Of a stretch of DNA of 47,665 bases, positions 37,160-44,078 are shown in pieces. The stretch comes from Acidobacteriota bacterium (GTDB lineage Bacteria; Acidobacteriota; Vicinamibacteria; Vicinamibacterales; SCN-69-37): assembly GCA_044507065.1 (NCBI GenBank), contig JBIQJY010000015.1, forward strand, positions 14,727 to 62,391, read 5' to 3'. The notes beneath the pieces were generated by a model, which was not told the origin of the DNA, ran no database searches, and saw nothing but the letters and a program-made list of their open reading frames with translations. The position numbers and the translations under genes are program-made. Each line of letters starts with the position of its first letter. Within the stretch, counting starts at the first letter, position 1.

Positions 37160-38134
37160 ATGCTCAGAATCCTGACTTCCGTCTTTGTCCTTTCGCTCAT
37201 CACGGCCCGCCCGGCGCTGGCCGAACCCGGCATCCTGCTCCTCGCGCACGGGGGCAGCCTCGAATGGAACGCCCGCGTCACGGCTCTGGCCGACGGCGTC
37301 AACCGCACACGCCCGACCGAAGTGGCCTTCGGCATGGCCACCAGAGCCGAGATTCAAGCCGCCATCGACAGGCTGACGGCCCGCGGCGTGACCGAAATCG
37401 TGGCCGTGCCGTTCTTCGTCTCGTCCTGGAGTTCGATCATCACGTCGACCGAGTTTCTTCTCGGGTTGCGCGCCGAGGCACCGGCGGCGCTGGCCGTCTT
37501 CGCGAAGATGAGCCACGGCAGCCACGGCGCCGCAGCACCATCGTCCGGCCCGGCGCCAGGCGGCCATGGGGCCGGTCACGACATGGCTGCGCACCACGGC
37601 CCGGCCGCGGGCATGACCCACGGGCCGGCGCCGAGGTCGGTCGACGGCACCACCCCGGTGCACGTTACCGTGCCCGTCCGCATGACCCCGGCGCTCAATG
37701 ACCATCCGATCGTGGCCGCCATCCTTGCGACACGGGCGCGTTCGATCAGCCGCCAGCCGGCCGACGAGGCGCTCGTGATCGTCGCGCACGGCCCGAACGA
37801 GGACGACGACAATCGCCGATGGCTGGCCGACATGGCGGCGCTGGCGACGCAGATTCGCGCGACGGAGGGGTACGCGTCGATCGACCAGCTGACGGTCAGG
37901 GATGATGCGCCGGAAGCGGTTCGCAACCAGGCGGCCGCCGAACTGCGCGCGCGCGTGCAGCAGCGCATCGGTGAAGGCAGGCGCGTGCTGGTCGTGCCGC
38001 TCGTCATCGCGTTCGGCGGCATCGAACAGGGCCTGCGCCAGCGCCTCGAAGGCCTGGATTACGCCATGCCCGACACCGGCCTGGTGCCCGACGATCGCCT
38101 GGTGGACTGGGTCCTCGACGTCAGCAGCCGGTAG
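37160..38134 (+). CDS. Exported CbiX/SirB-like (class II chelatase fold) protein with His-rich insertion
   Basis: Signal peptide ending PALA; two chelatase half-domains (ILLLAHGG..EVAFGMA..IVAVPFF; ALNDHP..IVAHGP..LVVPL) and a His/Gly/Ala-rich linker. Confidence 0.75.
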   Translation: MLRILTSVFVLSLITARPALAEPGILLLAHGGSLEWNARVTALADGVNRTRPTEVAFGMATRAEIQAAIDRLTARGVTEIVAVPFFVSSWSSIITSTEFLLGLRAEAPAALAVFAKMSHGSHGAAAPSSGPAPGGHGAGHDMAAHHGPAAGMTHGPAPRSVDGTTPVHVTVPVRMTPALNDHPIVAAILATRARSISRQPADEALVIVAHGPNEDDDNRRWLADMAALATQIRATEGYASIDQLTVRDDAPEAVRNQAAAELRARVQQRIGEGRRVLVVPLVIAFGGIEQGLRQRLEGLDYAMPDTGLVPDDRLVDWVLDVSSR

Positions 38135-38183
38135 ACAAGCCGCATCGTGCGCGGACAGACGACCGCCGCGACGACGGGATCCT

Positions 38184-38723
38184 CTACCGTTGCGGTGGAT
38201 ACTTTGTGAGCTTGCGTTGCAGCGAGCGCCGGTGGATGCCGAGCACGCGCGCGGCTTCGGAGATGTTGTGCTGGCAGTCGACCAGTACGCGGTTGATGTG
38301 CTCCCACTCCACGCGGTCGAGTGACATCGGCTGCAGTGGTGCCTGGCTGGTCGCCGGTCCATCCGGATCGCGCGCGAAGGCGGCCAGGATCTCGTCGGCG
38401 TCTGCCGGTTTGGTCAGGTAGTGGACGGCTCCCAGTCGCACCGCCTCGATGGCCGTCGCCACGCTGCCGTATCCGGTCAGGACGACAATCCTCGTCGCCG
38501 GATCGATGGCCAGCAGTTTCGGGATCAGATCGATGCCGTTGCCCTGCGGCATGCGCAGGTCCAGCACGACCAGTTCGGGCGGCTCGGCCGCCGCGGCGGC
38601 TTCGGCCCCGGCGATGTCGTCGGCCTGCCGCACGTCGTAGCCGCGCGAGGCGAACGCGCGCGCCAGGCGTTCGCGCAGCAGGGTGTCATCCTCGACGATG
38701 AGCAGGAGCGGGGCATCGGACAT
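38184..38723 (-). CDS. regA: RegA/PrrA/ActR family response regulator
   Basis: REC (VEDD, LDLRM, LTGYGSVATAIEAVRLGA, YLTKP) and the family signature PMSLDRVEWEHINRVL..NISEAARVLGIHRRSLQRKL. Confidence 0.92.
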   Translation of the reverse strand: MSDAPLLLIVEDDTLLRERLARAFASRGYDVRQADDIAGAEAAAAAEPPELVVLDLRMPQGNGIDLIPKLLAIDPATRIVVLTGYGSVATAIEAVRLGAVHYLTKPADADEILAAFARDPDGPATSQAPLQPMSLDRVEWEHINRVLVDCQHNISEAARVLGIHRRSLQRKLTKYPPQR

Positions 38724-38746
38724 GGCAGGTTCAGCGGGCCGGGCGT

Positions 38747-40051
38747 TCAGGGACGCGGCGTTGACACGTCGACGGGCAGCGTGAGCGTCACCGTCGTGCC
38801 CGCGCCGGGACGCGATCCCAGCGTCAACGTCCCTCCCAATTGTTCCACGCTCGACCGCGCCACGAACAGGCCGAGCCCGGTGCCGTGCCCCTGCGGCTTG
38901 GTCGTGTAGAACGGTTCGCCGGCGCGCGCGAGCACTTCGGCGGACATGCCCGGTCCCGCGTCAATGACAACGAGCACGATGCGATCGGTCCCGTCGGCCG
39001 TCGCGGTCAGGTCGACCGGCTGTGCGGGCGGCGAGGCCTGCAGCGCGTTGCGCAGCACGTTCACCAGCGCGCGAGTGACGACTCCGGCCGGCCATGTCAC
39101 CGGGCCCGTGGCCGTCGTCGTCCGGCGCACCTGGGCGCGCTGCGCGGGCGTCAACTGATCCATCGCCCGGTCGATCACGTCATCGATCGCCTGCGTCATG
39201 GCCACTTCGCCGAGCGGCTGGCTCAGTCGCGCCGACATGTCGTGCAGGACGAGGCGGCACCGGTCGACCTCCGCCCGAATCAGGTGTGCGTCGGCGAGCG
39301 ATTCGCCGTTGATGCCCTCGCGTTCGAGCGCCAGTTCGAGTTCGCGCGAGGCGACGGCGATGGTGGCCAGCGGCGTGCTGAGCTCATGGGCGGCGCCGGC
39401 GGCCAGGGTCGTGAGCGAGGCCAGCCGCGCGTCGCGCGCGGACCGCTCGCGCAGGTCGGCCAGCGCCCGGTCGCGTCGCTCGAGCAGCGCCGCGAGCCGG
39501 GAGACGAGGATGGCGACGAGGAGCGCCGCGCCCGCGAAGGCGAGCCACATGCCGCGGATGTGTGCGGTGACTTCCGGATGCATCTGCCCGGCGGCGGCCA
39601 GTTCCTCGGGCGGCGCGAGGAACAGCAGCCCGTACCCGGCGATGGAGAGCGACGTCACGCCCCATGCCCACGGTCGGTCGAGGACAAGTGCGGCCAGCAC
39701 GATGTAGACGAGGTAGTAGATGCTGACCGGATTGAGGACGCCGCCGACGTAGTGGAGCAGCCACGAGAGCAGTACCACGTCGGCGCACACGAGCCAGCCG
39801 GCGACCGACGTTGGCAGCGGGAGCCGCCGGCTCAGGCGCCAGCTGAGCCACGCGTTCGACAGCGACGTGAGGCCCACGATGGCAATGGGCAACGTCAGGC
39901 GCGTCGCGGCCGACAGGCCCTGGCTGCCGGCAACGATCGCGCCGACCTGCGCGAGCACGCCGGCCCAGCGGACCGACACGAGCCACGGCAGCCCCACGGC
40001 GTCGAGGCGCCCCATCCGTCCGCCTGGCAACATGTCACTCGCGCCCGCCAT
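38747..40051 (-). CDS. regB: RegB/PrrB/ActS family redox-sensing histidine kinase
   Basis: Six TM segments with GGVLNP quinone-site motif, AAGAAHELSTPLATI H-box, EVDRC Cys, GEPFYTTK and GTGLGLF. The start is probably ATG 40051, after a TATGCT -10. Confidence 0.9.
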   Translation of the reverse strand: MAGASDMLPGGRMGRLDAVGLPWLVSVRWAGVLAQVGAIVAGSQGLSAATRLTLPIAIVGLTSLSNAWLSWRLSRRLPLPTSVAGWLVCADVVLLSWLLHYVGGVLNPVSIYYLVYIVLAALVLDRPWAWGVTSLSIAGYGLLFLAPPEELAAAGQMHPEVTAHIRGMWLAFAGAALLVAILVSRLAALLERRDRALADLRERSARDARLASLTTLAAGAAHELSTPLATIAVASRELELALEREGINGESLADAHLIRAEVDRCRLVLHDMSARLSQPLGEVAMTQAIDDVIDRAMDQLTPAQRAQVRRTTTATGPVTWPAGVVTRALVNVLRNALQASPPAQPVDLTATADGTDRIVLVVIDAGPGMSAEVLARAGEPFYTTKPQGHGTGLGLFVARSSVEQLGGTLTLGSRPGAGTTVTLTLPVDVSTPRP

Positions 40052-40168
40052 CGTTCTCGCCGACGAGCATACCGTGCTGGCGTCGGGCATGCGCGGGCGA
40101 GTGCGGCCGCCGCGCTACAATGCCGTTACCGTCGAACCGTCCGTTCGACGCAGGACAGGAGCCCGTTC

Positions 40169-40603
40169 GTGTCGTTGTCACTGGGATCGAAAGCCGTCAT
40201 CACGCTCGACATCGCAAAGGCGGTGGGGCGCGCCGCCGAGGTGCATATCGCGGCGCACGACTTCGCGATGTTCGTCGCCGTGGTCGACGACTCGGGAACG
40301 CCCCTCTACGTGGTGCGGACCAACGACGCGCAGCCGGCCAGCTACGACGTGGCGCTGCAGAAGGCGCAGGTATCAGCCCGGTTCAGGCGCCCGACGAAGG
40401 GCTTCGAGGATCGCATCCTGGCCGACGGGCGCGTGAACCTTCTCAGTCTTCCCGGGATCGTGGCCGTGGAGGGTGGATTGCCGCTCGTCGTCGACGGGAC
40501 TGTCGTCGGCGCCATTGGGGTCAGCGGCGGCACGGGCGTACAGGACGGCGAGGTCGCGGCCGCGGCGGTCGCGGCGCTGCCCGGACTCCTGGGGCGTACG
40601 TGA
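40169..40603 (+). CDS. GlcG/HbpS family heme-binding protein
   Basis: VAVVDDSG, VALQKA, RRPT, GGLPL and GAIGVSGG..QD; SD AGGAG and TACAAT -10 upstream. Confidence 0.88.
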   Translation: MSLSLGSKAVITLDIAKAVGRAAEVHIAAHDFAMFVAVVDDSGTPLYVVRTNDAQPASYDVALQKAQVSARFRRPTKGFEDRILADGRVNLLSLPGIVAVEGGLPLVVDGTVVGAIGVSGGTGVQDGEVAAAAVAALPGLLGRT

Positions 40604-41268
40604 AGGCGCTTGCCCTCATCCTGATTGGCCCGCCGGGATCGGGTAAGGGAACGCAGGCAGCGCGGATCTCGCAACGGTACGGCGTGCCGGCGATCTCGAC
40701 CGGTGACATCCTGCGCGCGGCGGTGAAGGCCGGTACGCCGCTCGGCGCCCAGGTGCAGGCCCGCCTGTCGTCGGGCGCGCTCGTCAGCGACGAATTGATG
40801 ATCGATCTGGTGCGCGAGCGGATCCAGCAGGCCGACACCGCCTGCGGCTACATTCTCGACGGATTCCCCCGCACCCTCGCGCAGGCCCGCGCCCTCGAGG
40901 ACATGACGGCGGGTACCACGCCATCGGCGCTCGTGCTCGACGTCCCCGAATCGGAACTGGAGCGGCGGCTGACCTCACGCCGCATCTGCAGCAAGTGCAA
41001 GACGCTCTACACGTCGCGAAGTCTCTATGGATCCGAGGAAGAGCTCTGCTCGAAGTGCGGTGCCGTGCTGATCACTCGCGACGACGACAACATCGCGACG
41101 ATCCGCCATCGCCTCGAGACCTACACGCGCATGACGGCGCCGCTCATCGACTACTACAAGGCCCGCAACGAGCTGGCCGTGATCGACGGATCGCTGCCGC
41201 CCGACGAGGTCACCGCCGCGGTCTTCGATCGACTCGGCGCTCCCGCCAGGCGGAAGTCCGCCACATAG
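40600..41268 (+). CDS. adk: Adenylate kinase (Zn-LID type)
   Basis: GPPGSGKGTQ, STGDILR, LVSD, ILDGFPRT, C-X2-C-X16-C-X2-C lid and RDDD; GTGA-coupled to the GlcG gene. Confidence 0.93.
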   Translation: MKALALILIGPPGSGKGTQAARISQRYGVPAISTGDILRAAVKAGTPLGAQVQARLSSGALVSDELMIDLVRERIQQADTACGYILDGFPRTLAQARALEDMTAGTTPSALVLDVPESELERRLTSRRICSKCKTLYTSRSLYGSEEELCSKCGAVLITRDDDNIATIRHRLETYTRMTAPLIDYYKARNELAVIDGSLPPDEVTAAVFDRLGAPARRKSAT

Positions 41269-41919
41269 CTACGACTCCCCGCTCGCCAGGTCGATGATGC
41301 GGCGCGCGTGGTCGAGCTCCTCGCGATTCACGGTGTGTCCCATCCCCGGGTAGATGCGCAGTGTCACCTCGCCGCCCAGGCGCGTGAGGACTTCGGCTGA
41401 TTCCTCGACGCGTTCGAGCGGGATGTGAGCATCCACGTCGCTGCATCCCAGGAACACCGGCGTTCGGTCGAGCGTGCCCGGCGTCTCCCAGGTCGTGCCT
41501 GGCGGGCCGATCAGCCCGCCGCTGAACATCACCAGGCCGCCCCAGCGCTGCGGATGGCGCGCCACGAACTCCCCCGAGAGGCACGCGCCCTGCGAGAAGC
41601 CGAGCAGCACGATCCGCGCGGGTGGCACCCCCGCCCCGGACAGTTCATCGACCAGCTCGGCGATGCGCCGCAGCGCCGATCCCAGGTACGGCTCGTTGAG
41701 GGCGGTGTCGGCGATGAACCGTTGTGGATACCACGAGCGGCCGGCGGCCGACGGCGCCAGATACGCAACGTCGTCGCGCCCGATCGACGGCGCAAGCGAC
41801 AGGATGTCGTCCGGCGTGGCTCCGCGGCCGTGGATGGCGATGACGACGGCGCGTGCGCTGTCGACCGGGGCGCCCGAATGGAGGACCGGCTGATCGTCGT
41901 GCGGATGGAGGTCCGTCAT
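41269..41919 (-). CDS. Phospholipase/carboxylesterase (MhqD-like alpha/beta hydrolase)
   Basis: HGRG, WYP, GFSQG, SDVDAHIP and YPGMGH catalytic triad. Confidence 0.9.
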   Translation of the reverse strand: MTDLHPHDDQPVLHSGAPVDSARAVVIAIHGRGATPDDILSLAPSIGRDDVAYLAPSAAGRSWYPQRFIADTALNEPYLGSALRRIAELVDELSGAGVPPARIVLLGFSQGACLSGEFVARHPQRWGGLVMFSGGLIGPPGTTWETPGTLDRTPVFLGCSDVDAHIPLERVEESAEVLTRLGGEVTLRIYPGMGHTVNREELDHARRIIDLASGES

Positions 41920-42863
41920 GACGGGTGCACCACGGGGGCCAGGCCCGCTTCGATGTCGCCGCGATGCGCTTCCTCCCACGACGGGAGCTTCAGCAGGCGC
42001 CCGAGTTCGTCCACCGGCTCGTCGAGCGTGAATCCCGGCTCGCTCGTCGCGATCTCGAACAGCACGCCGCCCGGCTCCCGGAAGTAGATCGACTGGAAAT
42101 ACTGCCGGTCCTGGACGGGCGTCACCATCGCGCCAAGATGGACGAGCCGCTCGCGCATCAGGCCCTGTTCGGCGGAGGTGGCCACGGCCATGGCCACGTG
42201 GTGCACGGTGCCGAGGCCGTTGACCCCCGGCTGGCTGCCGTGCCCGTCGATGACGTCGAAGATGTGACCGGGTCGCTCGCCGCCAACCGTCAGCCGCGTC
42301 CGCGCCCCGTCACTGCCGGCGACCGTGAAGCCGAGCGCGGTCGTCATGAACTCGATGGTCCGATCGGCGGCGCGGCTCGTCAGCGTCACGCTGTGGACGC
42401 CGCGCACCGCGGAGGGCTCGGGCACGTCGCCGCCGGTCCACGGCGTCCTGGCATCGGCAGCGGTACCGACGATCTCGATGACCAGGCCGGATGGATCGCG
42501 CAGCGTGAGGCCGTCCTCGCCGAACCGCTCCGTCGCGGGTTCCACCTCGACGCCGCGTCCGGCCAGTCGCGACCGCCAGAAATCGATCGACGTGGCCGGC
42601 GCCGAGAATCCCACCGCGGTGACCTGTCCGGCCCCGATGCGTCCGGGACGCACGCCGTGGCCCTTGTAGGGGAAGGTGGTCCAGATGGTGCCGGGCGTAC
42701 CGACGCGGTCGCCGTAATAGAAGTGATAGACGAACGGGTTGTCAAAATTGACGGTCTTCTTCACCAGCCGCAGGCCGAGCGCGCCGGCAGCGAAGTCGAG
42801 GTCCGCCTGGGCATCGTCGACGGTGGCAGTGACGTGATGCAGGCCGAGGATGTCGGACGACAT
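41916..42863 (-). CDS. Ring-cleaving dioxygenase (MhqA/MhqO-like double VOC)
   Basis: GLHHVT, LGLRLVKKTVNFD, YHFYYGD, GTVHHVA and DRQYFQSIYFREPGGVLFEIAT. Confidence 0.93.
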   Translation of the reverse strand: MSSDILGLHHVTATVDDAQADLDFAAGALGLRLVKKTVNFDNPFVYHFYYGDRVGTPGTIWTTFPYKGHGVRPGRIGAGQVTAVGFSAPATSIDFWRSRLAGRGVEVEPATERFGEDGLTLRDPSGLVIEIVGTAADARTPWTGGDVPEPSAVRGVHSVTLTSRAADRTIEFMTTALGFTVAGSDGARTRLTVGGERPGHIFDVIDGHGSQPGVNGLGTVHHVAMAVATSAEQGLMRERLVHLGAMVTPVQDRQYFQSIYFREPGGVLFEIATSEPGFTLDEPVDELGRLLKLPSWEEAHRGDIEAGLAPVVHPS

Positions 42864-42869
42864 GCCGCT

Positions 42870-42878
42870 ATCGTAACA
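42870..42878 (-). promoter_or_regulatory. Extended -10 (TGtTACGAT), probable leaderless promoter
   Basis: TACGAT ends 6 nt before ATG 42863; no SD. Confidence 0.55.
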
Positions 42879-42917
42879 GCGGGAGCCCGCGGGCGGGCCC
42901 TCGGATCGAGTCGCGTG

Positions 42918-44060
42918 TCACTCGACGCCGAGGACGAGCAGCGTCTGGTCGTCGCCGGGTTCGTGCCCGCCGGCAAACGCGTTGAGGGCGCCAACGATGT
43001 GGTCGACGATGGCCTGGGGGGCGGCAGGCCCCACGGTGGAGAGCGAGTCGACCAGCCCTTCGAGTTCGAACATGGATCCGTCCTCCGCCTCGCGCTCGGT
43101 GATGCCGTCCGTGTAGAAGACAACCCGGTCGCCCGGCTGCAGCGCATACTCGCGGACGGGCACATGACCGAGCTCATCCCACAGCAGCGCGATCACGGAG
43201 TCGACGCCGAGCGGGGCCACGCGGCCGTCATCCCCGGCCACGAGCAGCGGCGGCGGGTGCCCGGCGCAGGCCACGCGCAGGAGGCGCGTGTTCGCGTCGA
43301 CGACCGCATACAGGCCCGTCGCGAACATCGCGGTTTCCCAGAGATACCGGAAGTGACGGTTCAGATGGTGGAGCACCTCCGCCGGGTCGTGCGCCGACGA
43401 CGAGCTCGTGTGGACGACGGCGCGGATCATGGCCATGACAATGGCCGCCGGTGCGCCGTGGCCCGACACGTCGGCGACAACGATGCCGAAGCGCCCTGCG
43501 CCCAGATCGAGCACATCGTAGTAATCGCCGCCGGCGTGCCGGCTGGTCTGGTAGAACGCGGCGAAGGCGGCCGCCCGATGGCCGGGCATCGTGGCGGGCA
43601 GGATCAACCGCTGCATCGATGCGGCGCTCGCGAGCTCGCGTTCGAGCCGGTCCCGGCTTCTCCGCAGTTCGCGTTCGAGGTACTGGCGGGTGAGGTGATT
43701 GGCCACGCGCGCCAGCACTTCCTCGGCCTGGATCGGCTTGGTGACGTAGTCGACCGCGCCCAGGTGCAGACCGGCCACCTTGTCGGAGACCTCGCCGAGC
43801 GCTGACAGGAAGATCACGGTGGTGTTGCACGTCTCGGCGTCGGCCTTGATGGCGCGACACACTTCGAACCCGTCCATTTCGGGCATCATCACGTCGAGCA
43901 GGACCAGGTCGGGCCTGGCGCGCCGCGTGATCTCGAGCGCCGAGGCCCCGTTGCGCGCGGCCAGGATCCGGTATCCGCTGCCCTGCAGCGTGCGCACCAG
44001 CACCTGCAGGTTCACCGGGCTGTCGTCGACGACGAGAATCGTGGCGGGTGGAAGTGACAT
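42918..44060 (-). CDS. Response regulator with PP2C/SpoIIE phosphatase output (RsbU/RsbY-like)
   Basis: REC (VVDD, LLDVMMP, YVTKP), coiled coil, then GGDYYD, VADVSGHG, AGHPPP, YTDGITE and DDQT. Confidence 0.93.
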   Translation of the reverse strand: MSLPPATILVVDDSPVNLQVLVRTLQGSGYRILAARNGASALEITRRARPDLVLLDVMMPEMDGFEVCRAIKADAETCNTTVIFLSALGEVSDKVAGLHLGAVDYVTKPIQAEEVLARVANHLTRQYLERELRRSRDRLERELASAASMQRLILPATMPGHRAAAFAAFYQTSRHAGGDYYDVLDLGAGRFGIVVADVSGHGAPAAIVMAMIRAVVHTSSSSAHDPAEVLHHLNRHFRYLWETAMFATGLYAVVDANTRLLRVACAGHPPPLLVAGDDGRVAPLGVDSVIALLWDELGHVPVREYALQPGDRVVFYTDGITEREAEDGSMFELEGLVDSLSTVGPAAPQAIVDHIVGALNAFAGGHEPGDDQTLLVLGVE

Positions 44061-44078
44061 TGCGGGTACCGCGCGGCG

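Noticed and set aside
37160-38134. Cobalamin or siroheme biosynthesis cluster
   Set aside because: No other cbi/cob/sir genes are present, and the protein has a signal peptide and lacks the second catalytic His.
40090-40120. RegA/PrrA binding site (GCGGC...CGC) in the regB-glcG gap
   Set aside because: The consensus is GC-rich and degenerate, so it cannot be told from background here.
38840-40603. Long ORF-track versions of genes (587-aa GlcG, 382-aa adk, 685-aa OYE, 475-aa VOC, 395-aa DUF6152, 1196-aa receptor) as fusion proteins
   Set aside because: The N-terminal extensions overlap other real genes or promoters. Downstream starts have SD sequences or stop/start coupling.
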